Assembly (NCBI GenBank): GCA_965200555.1
Contig: OZ241365.1
Location: 1,768,442-1,832,441, forward strand
Length of the DNA: 64,000 nucleotides
From: Dehalococcoidia bacterium
GTDB taxonomy: Bacteria > Chloroflexota > Dehalococcoidia > UBA2979
Reading direction: 5' to 3'
In this document: piece after piece, positions 8,457 to 18,304 of the stretch
Layout: every line of letters begins with the position of its first letter
Numbering within the stretch: the first letter of the stretch is position 1
Notes under the pieces: generated by a model
Told to the model about the DNA's origin: nothing
Seen by the model: the letters and a program-made list of their open reading frames with translations, nothing else
Databases searched by the model: none
Position numbers and translations under genes: made by a program

Positions 8457-8458
8457 GG
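8403..8458 (+). repeat. Family 3' tail repeat at the end of the frameshifted paralogue (AVIAIARSLLPPAGAP*), including the shared ggcgcgccgtgagg post-stop motif
   Basis: Sequence identity with the copy at 4683-4719 extends through the stop codon into the downstream GTGAGG. Confidence 0.65.
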
Positions 8459-8545
8459 AGGCTCGCCCCCGCCGGGGCGCGGCCCGCCGGGGCCGTCGCG
8501 TGCTAGGATCGCGGGCGCGGCGCGGACGCCGCCGGGGAGGACGCC

Positions 8546-10000
8546 GTGATCCCGAGCCTGCGCGAGCGGTGCGGCGTGCTGGGCGTCTTCGCCCCCGGCG
8601 GGGACGTCGCCCGCCTCGCCTTCTTCGGGCTGCACTCGCTCCAGCACCGCGGCCAGGAGTCGGCCGGCATCGCCACGGCCGAGGCGGGCGCGCCCGACGC
8701 CGGCGTGCGCCGCTTCGCGCGGATGGGCCTCGTCACCCAGATCTTCGACGAGGGCTCGCTGCGCGCGCTCGGCGGCACCCACGCCATCGGCCACACCCGC
8801 TACTCGACCACCGGCGCGAGCGCCGAGGCCAACATGCAGCCGCTGGTCGTGGGCGGGCCGCACGGCGACCTCGCGCTCGCCCACAACGGCAACGTCGTCA
8901 ACGCCGACCTGCTGCGCGCGAACCTCGAGGAGCGCGGCGTCGCCTTCAGCGGCGGCACCGACTCCGAGGTGCTGGCGCGGCTGATCGCGCACGCGCCGGG
9001 CGAGACCTGGGAGGACCGCTTCGCCTACGCGATGCGGCGCGCCGACGGCGCCTACTCGCTGACGCTGCTGACCGGCGACGCGCTGTTCGGCCTGCGCGAC
9101 CCGCTCGGCATCCGCCCGCTCTGCCTCGGGCGGCTCGAGGGCGGCTGGGTGCTCGCCTCCGAGACCTGCGCGCTCGACACCCTCGGCGCGGAGTTCGTGC
9201 GCGAGCTCGGCCCCGGCGAGGTCGTGCGGATCGACGCGGGGGGGCCGCGCTCGCGGCGGCTCGGCGGCGACGGGGAGGCCTCGGCGCTGTGCCTGCTGGA
9301 GCACATCTACTTCGCGCGGCCCGACTCGCGGCTGCAGGGCGAGCTGCTGTACCCGGTGCGGATGCGGATGGGGGCGCGGCTGGCGCGCGAGCACCCCGCC
9401 GACGCCGACGTGGTGATCGGCATCCCCGACTCGGCGCTGGCCGCGGCCGTCGGCTACGCGGCGGAGTCCGGCATCCCCTACGTCGAGGGCCTCGTCAAGA
9501 ACCGCTACGTCGGGCGCACCTTCATCCAGCCCGACCAGCGGCTGCGCGACCGCGGCGTCGAGCTGAAGTTCAACCCGCTGCCGGAGCTGCTGGCGGACCG
9601 CCGCGTGGTGGTGGTGGACGACACGATCGTGCGCGGCACGACGACGCCGCGCGTGGTGGCGATGCTCCGCAAGGCGGGCGCGCGCGAGGTGCACATGCGG
9701 ATCACCTCGCCGCCGATCTCCCACCCCTGCTTCTACGGCGTGGACATGGCGACGCGCGGCGAGCTGATCGCCGCCCACATGGGGGTCGAGGCGATCCGCG
9801 AGCACATCGGCGCGGACTCGCTCGGCTACCTCTCGCTGGAGGACACCGTCGCCGCCACCGGCCAGGAGCGCGGGGACCTCTGCGCGGCCTGCTTCAGCGG
9901 CGAGTACCCCAGCGCCGTGCCGCTGCAGTTCGACAAGTTCGCGCTCGACGCCGGCGGCTCGCGCGACCGCCACGCGGTGCCCCTGCGCGCCGTCCGCTGA
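8546..10000 (+). CDS. purF: Amidophosphoribosyltransferase
   Basis: The N-terminal propeptide is followed by the catalytic Cys (RERCGVLGV), then the PRTase P-loop (VVVVDDTIVRGTT). Full-length similarity to PurF throughout. Confidence 0.95.
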   Translation: MIPSLRERCGVLGVFAPGGDVARLAFFGLHSLQHRGQESAGIATAEAGAPDAGVRRFARMGLVTQIFDEGSLRALGGTHAIGHTRYSTTGASAEANMQPLVVGGPHGDLALAHNGNVVNADLLRANLEERGVAFSGGTDSEVLARLIAHAPGETWEDRFAYAMRRADGAYSLTLLTGDALFGLRDPLGIRPLCLGRLEGGWVLASETCALDTLGAEFVRELGPGEVVRIDAGGPRSRRLGGDGEASALCLLEHIYFARPDSRLQGELLYPVRMRMGARLAREHPADADVVIGIPDSALAAAVGYAAESGIPYVEGLVKNRYVGRTFIQPDQRLRDRGVELKFNPLPELLADRRVVVVDDTIVRGTTTPRVVAMLRKAGAREVHMRITSPPISHPCFYGVDMATRGELIAAHMGVEAIREHIGADSLGYLSLEDTVAATGQERGDLCAACFSGEYPSAVPLQFDKFALDAGGSRDRHAVPLRAVR

Positions 10001-10007
10001 CGCCGAG

Positions 10008-11084
10008 GTGAGCGCCCTGCCCGACGCCCCTCCCGCCGCCGCCCGCTACGCCGCCGCCGGCGTCGACGTCGCGGCCGCCGAGGCCGGCCTGCCCGCGCTG
10101 CGCGCGCTCGCCGGGCGCGCGCGCCGCCCCGAGGTGATCGGCGGCGTCGGCGCCTTCGCCGGCCTCTTCCGCCTCGGCGCCTCGCGCTGGCGCGATCCGG
10201 TGCTCGTCGCCAGCGCCGACGGCGTCGGCACCAAGCTGCTCGTCGCAGCCGCCCTCGGACGCTACGGCGACGTCGGGCGCGACCTCGTGAACCACTGCGT
10301 CAACGACGTGCTGACCGCCGGCGCCGAGCCGCTGTTCTTCCTCGACTACCTCGCGACGGCGGGCCTGCCGCAGGAGCGGCGCGCCGAGATCGTCGCCGGC
10401 GTCGCCGAGGCCTGCGCGGCGAACGGCGCGGCGCTGCTCGGCGGCGAGACCGCCGACATGCCCGATCTCTACCGCCCCGGCGACTACGACCTCGCCGGCT
10501 TCCTCGTCGGCGCCGCGGAGCGCGAGGCGATCCTCGACGGCTCGCGCATCGAGGCCGGCGACGCGCTGATCGCGCTGCCCTCGACCGGCCTCCAGACCAA
10601 CGGCTACTCGCTCGTGCGCGAGATCTTCGGCGTGGCGAAGGGGCGCGGCGAGGCGCACGACCGCGCCGTGCTCGAACGGCGCGTCGAGGAGCTGGGAGGC
10701 ACGCTCGGCGACGCGCTGCTGGCGGTGCACGGCTCCTTCCTCGGGGCGGTGCGCCCGCTGCTGCCGCGGCTGCGCGGGATCGCGCACGTCACCGGCGGCG
10801 GGCTGCCCGGCAACCTGCCGCGCATCCTGCCCGACGGCCTCGCCGCCCGCGTCGACCTCGCGGGCTGGGAGCCGCCGCCGCTGTTCGGCCACATCCAGCG
10901 CGAGGGCGCCGTCGGCGACGGCGAGATGTTCCGCGTCTTCAACATGGGCGTCGGCATGGCGCTCGCCGCCGCGCCCGCCGACGCCGGCGCCGTGCTCGCC
11001 TCCGCGCCCGGCGCGTGGCGGCTCGGCGAGGTCGAGCCGCGGCCGGAGGGCGCGCCCGCCGTGCTCGGGCTGCCGGAGGACTGA
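10008..11084 (+). CDS. purM: Phosphoribosylformylglycinamidine cyclo-ligase (AIR synthetase)
   Basis: PurM motifs are present (GVGAFAGLF, DGVGTKL, NHCVNDVLTAGAEPLFFLDYLA, GGETADMP, HVTGGGL). Confidence 0.95.
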   Translation: MSALPDAPPAAARYAAAGVDVAAAEAGLPALRALAGRARRPEVIGGVGAFAGLFRLGASRWRDPVLVASADGVGTKLLVAAALGRYGDVGRDLVNHCVNDVLTAGAEPLFFLDYLATAGLPQERRAEIVAGVAEACAANGAALLGGETADMPDLYRPGDYDLAGFLVGAAEREAILDGSRIEAGDALIALPSTGLQTNGYSLVREIFGVAKGRGEAHDRAVLERRVEELGGTLGDALLAVHGSFLGAVRPLLPRLRGIAHVTGGGLPGNLPRILPDGLAARVDLAGWEPPPLFGHIQREGAVGDGEMFRVFNMGVGMALAAAPADAGAVLASAPGAWRLGEVEPRPEGAPAVLGLPED

Positions 11085-11088
11085 GGCC

Positions 11089-12643
11089 TGTGCGCGCGAT
11101 CCTGAGCGTGTACGACAAGACGGGCGCCGTGGAGCTCGCGCGCGGGCTGCGCGAACTCGGCTGGGAGCTGTGCTCGACCGGCGGCACGCAGCGCGCCCTC
11201 GCCGACGCGGGCGTGCCCGCGACGGGCGTCGCCGACCTCACCGGCAGCCCCGAAATCCTCGGCGGGCGCGTCAAGTCGCTGCACCCGAGGGTCTACGGCG
11301 GCCTGCTCGCGCGCGGCGACCGCGAGGACGACGCCGCCGAGCTCGCCGAGCACGGCATCGAGCCGTTCGGCCTCGTCGCCTGCAACCTCTACCCCTTCGC
11401 CGACACGGTGCGCGGCGGCGCCTCGCCGGCCGAGGCGCTGGAGGAGATCGACATCGGCGGCCCCTCGATGATCCGCGCGGCGGCGAAGAACCACCCGTGG
11501 GTGATCCCGATCGTCGATCCCGCCGACTACGGGGGCGTCCTCGAGGCGCTGCGCGCGGGCGGGCCGGACGCGGCACGGCGGCGCGAGCTGGCGGCGAAGG
11601 CGTTCGCGCACGTCGCGCACTACGACGCCGCCGTCGCCGAGTACCTGCGCGGCGGGGACGACCCGCTGCCCGGGCGCCTGACCCTCGGCCTCACGCGCGC
11701 CGCCGAGCTGCGCTACGGCGAGAACCCGCACCAGCGCGGCGCCTTCTACGCCATCGGCTCCGCGCTCGCGCCGCCCGAGGGCGTCGGCGCGTTCGAGCAG
11801 CACCACGGCAAGGCGCTGTCGTACGTCAACCTGCTCGACGCCGACGCGGCGCTCAACCTCGTGGCGGAGAGCGCGCAGCCGGCGGTGGCGATCGTCAAGC
11901 ACGCCAACCCCTGCTGCTTCGCCGCCGGCGACGCGCCGATCGCCGAGCTCTACGGGCGCGCCCTCGCGGGCGGCGACGCCGTCTCCGCCTACGGCGGCAT
12001 CGTCGCCGCCAACCGCCCGCTCGACCTCGCCTTCGCCTCGGCGCTGCGCGAGGTCCCGAGTCCCCTCGACGGGGGGCGCATGTTCTTCGAGATCGTGATC
12101 GCGCCGGGCTGCGAGGCCGACGGCCTCGAACGGCTCAGGGGCAAGTCGCGCGACCTCCGCATCCTCACCGCGCCCGCGGGCGCGCCCCGCCCACGCCTCG
12201 AATTCCGCTCGCTGCGGGGCGGGATGCTCGTGCAGGAGGCCGACCCCGGCGGCGAGCCGCGCTTCGAGGCGGTGAGCGAGCGCCCCCCGACGGAGGCCGA
12301 GCTGGCCGACCTGCGGCTGGCGTGGCTGGTGGCGCGCCACGTCAAGTCGAACGCGATCGCGCTGGTGCGCGGCGGCGTCCTCGTGGGCATGGGGGCGGGG
12401 CAGCCGAACCGCGTCGAGAGCGCGCGCCTCGCGGTGCGCGGCGCGGGCGAGCGGGCGGCGGGCGCGGCGCTGGCCTCGGACGCCTTCTTCCCGTTCCCCG
12501 ACTCGCTCGAGGTGGCGGGCGCGGCCGGCGTGACGGCGGCGGCCCACCCCGGCGGCTCGATCCGCGACGCCGACTCGATCGCCGCCGCCAACGCCCTCGG
12601 GATGGCGCTCGTCGCCACCGGCGCGCGCCACTTCCGCCACTAG
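11089..12643 (+). CDS. purH: Bifunctional AICAR transformylase / IMP cyclohydrolase
   Basis: The GTG start follows 4 nt after the purM stop. The MGS-like IMPCH domain is present (ILSVYDKTG...STGGT) and the AICARFT domain follows (KHANPCCFA..., GGSIRD). Confidence 0.95.
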
Positions 12644-12649
12644 GCGAGG

Positions 12650-14839
12650 GTGCGGGGACGCATGAAGATCGGCGCGATCGCGGTGCTCGCGGCGGCGATG
12701 GCGATCGCGGCGGCGGCCGCGCTGCCCGGCCCCGCGCCCTCGGAGGCGCAGACCGCGGAGTCCGAGGCGCGCATCGCCGCTCGCCGCCTCGCCGACGGCC
12801 GCGTCGAGTTCGCGCTCCAGCGGCGCACCGCCTCGGGGTGGGGCGAGCGCATCCTGCCCGCGCGGCGCTTCTTCCCCGCCGCGGGCGGAAGCGGCTGGCT
12901 CCACTCCTCGCCCGTGACCGCGGGCGGCGCCGAAGCGCGCATCTCGGCGCGCCGCCTCGCGGACGGCCGCGTCGAGTTCGCGCTCCAGCCGCGCGGCGCC
13001 TCGGGGTGGGGCGAGCGCATCCTGCCGCGGCAACGCTTCTTCCCGGCCGCGGGTGGGGAGCGCTGGCTCAACTCGTCGCCGGTCACGCTTGAAGAGGCGG
13101 AGCCGTCCGCTGCACAAGATGTGCGCCGTTTCGGACCAGTCGCCGGGGACAACCCCGCGTGGTCCCCGGACGGACGGTGGATTGCTTTCACCTCGGATCG
13201 TGATGGAGACACCAAAGTCTATGTGATGAATGCCGATGGCTCGGACATGAGGCGCTTGACTGACTACACTGCTTCTGCTTGGAACGGACCACCGGCGTGG
13301 TCTCCGGACGGACAGCGGATAGCGTTCTCCTCGAACATCGGGATCGTCGTGATGAACGCCGACGGAACGAACGCAAGACGTTTGGGCGGAGCAGGCCGAC
13401 TGGCATGGTCTCCGGACGGGCAGCGAATTGCGTTCGTCCAGGACGATCCCCACCCAATGGTCTACCCTAGTCTTTATGTGATGAACGCCGACGGAACCGG
13501 CATAAAGCTTCTTTCCAATCTTATTAGTTGGCAGGGTCGCCCAGCGTGGTCGCCAGATGGCAGAATTACGTTCGTTTCGCGCCGCGATGGTGGGGACAGC
13601 GACATTTGGGTGGTGAACGCTGACGGGTCGGGCATGAGTCGCTTGACCGACGACTTCGGCTGGGACGGACAGCCGGAGTGGTCGCCGGACGGTCGGTGGC
13701 TCGCGTTCGCCTCCGATCGTGATGGTGATAGGGAATTGTATGTGATGAACGCCGATGGTACGAACGTGAGGCGTTTGACCGACAACGCTGTTTGGGACGG
13801 AGACCCGGCGTGGTCGCCGGACGGTCGACGGATTGCGTTCGCCTCCGGCCGTGATGGTGATGAGGAAGTGTATGTGATGAACGCCGACGGTACGGACGTG
13901 AGACGCTTGACCGACAACGATTGGAGAGACGGAGACCCGGCGTGGTCTCCGGACGGGCGGCGGATCGCATTCGCCTTGGATCACGAAGACGGTCGGGCAA
14001 TCTACGTGACGAGCGCCGAGGCGCCAGCTCTTAGCTCTTTCACGCGGCTGACCGGCAACTCCTTCGCTGAGAGGGGCTTGGCGTGGTCGCCGGACGGGCA
14101 GCAGCTCGCGTTCGCGTCCAATCGTGATGGCGACTGGGAAGTCTACACGATGGACGCCGACGGTTCGGACGTGAGGCGCTTGACCGACAACGCCGTTCAG
14201 GATGCAGAGCCTGCGTGGTCGCCGGACGGGCAACAGATCGCGTTCACCTCCGACCGTGATGGTGACTGGGAGGTGTATGCGATGAATGCCGACGGCTCGA
14301 ACGTGAGGCCCTTGACCGATCACTCTGGCGACGATGTGGCGTCGGCATGGTCGCCGGACGGGCAGCGGATTGCGTTCGCTTCCGACCGTGATGGCGACTG
14401 GGAAATCTTTGTGATGAACGCCAACGGGACAAAGGTGAAGCGCGCGACTCACTCCTTCGCATGGGACACGGCTCCGACATGGTCGCCGACTGGACATCGA
14501 ATTGCGTTCATCTCGAATCGCGATGGAGATGCCGATATCTATGTAATGAATGCCGACGGCTCCCGCGTGAGGAACTTGACCAACAACGCCGTCGCCGATG
14601 CCTATCCGGTATGGTCTCCGGATGGACGTTCGATTGCCTTCTCTTCGAGACTCGATGGAGATTCCGACCGCGAAAGAGATTGGGAGCTCTATGTGATGAA
14701 CGCCGACGGTTCGGAGATAAGGCGTCTGACCGACAACCTCTCCGATGAGTGGGACCCGGCGTGGTCGCCGGACGGGAAGCTGATCGCGTTCGCCTCCGAT
14801 CGCGACGGCGACCTCGACATCTACGTGATCGAGCCTTAG
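12650..14839 (+). CDS. Secreted TolB-like PD40 beta-propeller repeat protein with an N-terminal tandem-duplicated ~55-aa module of unknown function
   Basis: Signal peptide, then 2x (RI[AS]ARRLADGRVEFAL...GWGERILP..RFFPAAGG..WL.SSPVT). About 13 PD40-type units follow (WSPDG.[RQ]IAF.S.RDGD.E[VI]Y[VA]MNADG[ST]..RRLTDN). The repeat region is visibly lower in GC than its surroundings. Confidence 0.85.
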   Translation: MRGRMKIGAIAVLAAAMAIAAAAALPGPAPSEAQTAESEARIAARRLADGRVEFALQRRTASGWGERILPARRFFPAAGGSGWLHSSPVTAGGAEARISARRLADGRVEFALQPRGASGWGERILPRQRFFPAAGGERWLNSSPVTLEEAEPSAAQDVRRFGPVAGDNPAWSPDGRWIAFTSDRDGDTKVYVMNADGSDMRRLTDYTASAWNGPPAWSPDGQRIAFSSNIGIVVMNADGTNARRLGGAGRLAWSPDGQRIAFVQDDPHPMVYPSLYVMNADGTGIKLLSNLISWQGRPAWSPDGRITFVSRRDGGDSDIWVVNADGSGMSRLTDDFGWDGQPEWSPDGRWLAFASDRDGDRELYVMNADGTNVRRLTDNAVWDGDPAWSPDGRRIAFASGRDGDEEVYVMNADGTDVRRLTDNDWRDGDPAWSPDGRRIAFALDHEDGRAIYVTSAEAPALSSFTRLTGNSFAERGLAWSPDGQQLAFASNRDGDWEVYTMDADGSDVRRLTDNAVQDAEPAWSPDGQQIAFTSDRDGDWEVYAMNADGSNVRPLTDHSGDDVASAWSPDGQRIAFASDRDGDWEIFVMNANGTKVKRATHSFAWDTAPTWSPTGHRIAFISNRDGDADIYVMNADGSRVRNLTNNAVADAYPVWSPDGRSIAFSSRLDGDSDRERDWELYVMNADGSEIRRLTDNLSDEWDPAWSPDGKLIAFASDRDGDLDIYVIEP
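12760..13090 (+). repeat. Tandem duplication (2 x about 165 bp) encoding the 'RIxARRLADGRVEFAL' module in the PD40 protein
   Basis: Two consecutive about 55-aa units with about 75% amino-acid identity. Confidence 0.7.
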
Positions 14840-14871
14840 GGCATCGCGAACGTACCGGGAGGGGGAACACG

Positions 14872-15597
14872 ATGGCCAGCGTCGACCTCGTACTGCCCGT
14901 GTACAACGAGGAGGCGATCCTCGAGCGCAGCACGGAGACGGTGCTCGCGTGGACCGGGGCGCATCCCGAACACGAGTGGCGCGTCGTGATCGCGGACAAC
15001 GCCTCGGAGGACGGCACGCTGGCGATCGCGCGGGCGCTGGAGGCGCGGCACGAGGGCCGCGTGGCGGCGCTGCACCTGCCGGTCAAGGGGCGCGGCATCG
15101 CCGTCAAGACGGCGTGGCTGACCTCGCCGGCCGAGGTGCTGGCGTTCATGGACGTCGACCTCTCGACGGACATCGCGCACATCCCGGACATCGTCGATCC
15201 GATCGCGGACGGGGAGGCGGACGTGGCGTTCGGGACGCGGCTGCATCCCGATTCGGAGACGGAGCGGGGGTGGCGGCGCGAGATCGTGTCGCAGGTCTAC
15301 ATCCGGCTGGTGCGCCACGTCGGGGGGCTGCGGGTGACGGACGCGCAGTGCGGGTTCAAGGCGGTGAGCCGCGAGGCGGCGCGGGCGCTGCTGCCGCTGG
15401 TGGAGGCGACGGGCTGGTTCTTCGACTCGGAGCTGCTGCTGGTGGCGCAGGAGAACGGCTACCGGCTGCGCGAGGCGCCGGTGCGCTGGATCGAGGACCG
15501 CGACAGCCGCGTCTCGATCCTCGGGGCGGTGGCCGAGGACCTGCGGGCGCTGTGGCGGATGCGGCGCGACGGGGTGCCGCGGGTGGGCGGGCGTTGA
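14872..15597 (+). CDS. Family 2 glycosyltransferase (polyprenyl-phosphate sugar transferase-like)
   Basis: Translation VDLVLPVYNEE...VVIADNASEDGT...FMDVDLSTD...QCGFKAV matches the GT2 DxD / GtrB-Dpm1-like pattern. The ATG at 14872 is preceded by GGGAGGGGG. Confidence 0.8.
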   Translation: MASVDLVLPVYNEEAILERSTETVLAWTGAHPEHEWRVVIADNASEDGTLAIARALEARHEGRVAALHLPVKGRGIAVKTAWLTSPAEVLAFMDVDLSTDIAHIPDIVDPIADGEADVAFGTRLHPDSETERGWRREIVSQVYIRLVRHVGGLRVTDAQCGFKAVSREAARALLPLVEATGWFFDSELLLVAQENGYRLREAPVRWIEDRDSRVSILGAVAEDLRALWRMRRDGVPRVGGR

Positions 15598-15873
15598 CCT
15601 TAGTTGGGGGGCGTCGCTAGGATCGCCGCTGCCTGCGGGCGGAGCGCGCGCGGGCGTCGGAAGGCCGGGCGCGCGGGCGCGTCCGGGGCGGGCAGCGGAG
15701 GCGCCATGATCTTCGGCGAGGTCGGCGAGGCGATGGAGCTGACCATCATCTTCGTGCTGATGACCGCCGCGATGGCCGCGCTCGTGCTGTTCGGCAAGTG
15801 GTGGGAAGCGTAGCGCGCGGAGCGCGCGGCGCCGCCGGCGGGCGGCAGGCGCCGGATCGAGGGGGAACGGCGG

Positions 15874-16629
15874 GTGGCGGCCACCGAACGTCCCGAAGGG
15901 CGTGCGCTCGGCGATCGCGCGTACGAGTTCCTCGTGAACAGCCGCGTCTGGAAGTCGATCTTCCGCATCGGCTACCCGAACACGCCGCGCAACCAGATGC
16001 TGGCGGTGGCGACGAACGTCTTCCTGCACCTCCATCCGACGCGCGTGCACCGCACGCACGTCCGCATCACGCACACCTACTGCCTCGGGGGGCTGTCGTT
16101 CTTCCTGTTCCTCGGGCTGACCGTGACCGGCGTGCTGCTGATGTTCTACTACGTGCCCTCGGTGGAACGGGCCTACGCCGACATGCAGGCGCTGCAGACG
16201 GACGTGCGCTTCGGGATGCTGCTGCGGAACACCCACCGCTGGATGGCGCACGGGATGGTCATCACGGTGATGCTGCACATGATGCGGGTGTTCTACACCG
16301 GCGCGTACAAGCCGCCGCGCGAGTTCAACTGGATCGTGGGCGTGGTGCTGCTGGTGCTGACGCTGCTGCTGTCGTTCACCGGCTACCTGCTGCCGTGGGA
16401 CGAGCTGGCGTTCTGGGCGATCACCGTCGGCACCAACATGATCGGCTCCGACCCGGTGCTGGGCGAGGTCAACCGCTTCGTGCTGATCGGCGGCTTCGAG
16501 GTGGGGCAGAACGCGCTGATCCGCTTCTACACGCTGCACGTCGTGGGGCTGCCGTTGCTGGCGGCGATCTTCATGGCCGTGCACTTCTGGCGCATCCGCC
16601 GCGACGGCGGACTCGCGCGCCCGCTGTAG
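15874..16629 (+). CDS. Cytochrome b6-like subunit (N-terminal half of a split cytochrome b)
   Basis: GTG start after GAGGGGGAA. The four-helix haem-binding core carries conserved His ([15 protein letters not shown]...[15 protein letters not shown]...[13 protein letters not shown]...[12 protein letters not shown]). Length 251 aa, as expected for the split b6 form. Confidence 0.9.
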   Translation: MAATERPEGRALGDRAYEFLVNSRVWKSIFRIGYPNTPRNQMLAVATNVFLHLHPTRVHRTHVRITHTYCLGGLSFFLFLGLTVTGVLLMFYYVPSVERAYADMQALQTDVRFGMLLRNTHRWMAHGMVITVMLHMMRVFYTGAYKPPREFNWIVGVVLLVLTLLLSFTGYLLPWDELAFWAITVGTNMIGSDPVLGEVNRFVLIGGFEVGQNALIRFYTLHVVGLPLLAAIFMAVHFWRIRRDGGLARPL

Positions 16630-16641
16630 GAGGCGCCGGCG

Positions 16642-17577
16642 ATGGTGGCCGAGGCCCCCGCTCCCCGCTCCGCCGTCCAGCGCGGCGCCACGCCGGGCGT
16701 GCGCCCGCGCCGCCAGCGCGAGGAGGAGCTGCTCGTCTGGCCCGACCTCGTGTTCGTCGAGTTCATCGCGGCGCTGGTGTTCACGCTGACGTTCGCGCTG
16801 CTGGCGATCCTGATCAACGCGCCGCTGCAGGACCGCGCCAACCCGGCCAACACGCCGAACCCCTCGAAGGCGCCGTGGTACTTCCTCAACCTGCAGGAGC
16901 TGCTGATCCACATGCACCCGGCGCTGGCCGGCGTGATCGTGCCCACCGTGTTCCTCGTCGCGCTGGCCGCCGTGCCCTACTTCGACACCTCGAACGAGGA
17001 GCAGGGGCGCTGGCTGAAGACGCCGCGCGCGTGGCCGAACATGCTGATCGGCCTCGCCGTGGGCACGATCGGCACGTGGGCGCTGATCGTCTACGACTCG
17101 GCCAAGCACGTCGTGCTGTACGAGCGGGCGACGCTGCAGAGCCGCGGGTTCGACGCCTTCCCGCCGTTCCTCGCCGACGAGCCGCTGCGGACGTGGCCGG
17201 AGGGCCTCAACTGGCTGCGGAGCGCGCGCAACCTACAGACCGACATCGCGTGGCCGTCGGAGCTGACCGGCGTGCCGCTGGGCGAGACGTTCGTGCGTAC
17301 GGACCTGCTGGGGCTGCCGCGCGGCTCGATCCGCTGGAACGTGCCCGCGTGGATCGTGGAGCAGGCGATCCCGATCGGGCTCATGATCGGGCTGCCGGTG
17401 CTGCTCTCGCTGGTCGCGTGGCGCACGGGGCTGGCGAAGACGCGGCGGGACCACATGATCCTGCTGTTCTCCGGCTGGGTGGCGTCGTGGCTGGTGCTGA
17501 CGATCGCCGGCACGTACTTCCGGGGCGCGGGCCTCGAGCTGCTGTGGCCGTGGGACGTGAAGCCGGCCGAATCGTAG
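16642..17577 (+). CDS. Cytochrome b C-terminal-domain subunit (subunit IV-like, extended)
   Basis: WPDLVFVEF...APWYFLNLQELL matches the PEWYFLP-type motif of the cytochrome b C-terminal domain / PetD. It is an extended 311-aa membrane protein directly downstream of cyt b6. Confidence 0.8.
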   Translation: MVAEAPAPRSAVQRGATPGVRPRRQREEELLVWPDLVFVEFIAALVFTLTFALLAILINAPLQDRANPANTPNPSKAPWYFLNLQELLIHMHPALAGVIVPTVFLVALAAVPYFDTSNEEQGRWLKTPRAWPNMLIGLAVGTIGTWALIVYDSAKHVVLYERATLQSRGFDAFPPFLADEPLRTWPEGLNWLRSARNLQTDIAWPSELTGVPLGETFVRTDLLGLPRGSIRWNVPAWIVEQAIPIGLMIGLPVLLSLVAWRTGLAKTRRDHMILLFSGWVASWLVLTIAGTYFRGAGLELLWPWDVKPAES

Positions 17578-17587
17578 GAGCGACCGG

Positions 17588-18268
17588 GTGACGAGCGAGA
17601 CACCGACCGAGGCCGCGGCGACGCCGGAGCGCGTCACCGACTCCTGGCGCGAGGCGATCGCCGCGCGGCGCACGCAGGCCGCCGACGGCGCCGCCGTGCC
17701 GGGCGCGCAGGTCAGCCGCCCCGAACGCGCCGAGGTCTCCCGCCGCAACTTCATCCGCGGCGCCTTCTGGAGCGGCCTCGGCCTCGGGCTGCTCGGCTCC
17801 GTGGCCACGCTGCTCGACTTCCTCTACCCGCGCGGGATCGAGGGCTTCGGCGGGCCGGTGCCGGCCGGCAACGTCTCGTCGTTCCCGCGCGGCGGGGACC
17901 CGCAGCACTTCCTCACCGGCCAGTTCTGGCTCGCCAACCTCGACCCGGGCGAGACGCGCAGCGGCGGCAGCGGCGGCGGCGCGGGCCTGATCGCCCTCTG
18001 GCACCGCTGCCCCCACCTCGGCTGCACCGTGCCCTGGCGCACCGGCTTCAGCTTCGACGGCAACCAGGGCTGGTACCGCTGCCCCTGCCACGGCTCGACC
18101 TACACCAAGTCCGGCATCCGCGTCTTCGGCCCCGCCCCGCGCTCGATGACCACGATGCGCGTCGACGTCGACGACGCCGGCAACATCACCGTCCAGACCG
18201 GCGACCGCACGCCGGGCAGCCCCACCAACCCCGAACGCGCCGTCTCGCACCCGCTGCTGCCGACCTAG
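17588..18268 (+). CDS. Rieske [2Fe-2S] iron-sulfur subunit with Tat signal
   Basis: Twin-arginine motif RRNFIRGAFWSG. Rieske boxes CPHLGC ... CPCHGS. Confidence 0.9.
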   Translation: MTSETPTEAAATPERVTDSWREAIAARRTQAADGAAVPGAQVSRPERAEVSRRNFIRGAFWSGLGLGLLGSVATLLDFLYPRGIEGFGGPVPAGNVSSFPRGGDPQHFLTGQFWLANLDPGETRSGGSGGGAGLIALWHRCPHLGCTVPWRTGFSFDGNQGWYRCPCHGSTYTKSGIRVFGPAPRSMTTMRVDVDDAGNITVQTGDRTPGSPTNPERAVSHPLLPT

Positions 18269-18304
18269 CGCCCGCTCCGCGAGGCCCGCCGGGCCGGAGG
18301 TGAC

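Noticed and set aside
4665-8458. Repeated 3' tail sequences on the lipoprotein genes, considered as possible variable/template repeats of a diversity-generating retroelement.
   Set aside because: No reverse transcriptase or accessory gene is present anywhere in the window. The repeats are only about 45 nt and show no adenine-specific mismatch pattern. They are better explained as duplication-unit boundaries.
15604-15813. 69-aa ORF upstream of cytochrome b6. Its last 35 aa (MIFGEVGEAMELTIIFVLMTAAMAALVLFGKWWEA) look like a single-TM micro-protein.
   Set aside because: The N-terminal half is a Gly/Arg/Ala GC artefact. The 35-aa hydrophobic tail is plausible but has no recognisable SD and no conservation evidence available here, so it is left uncalled.
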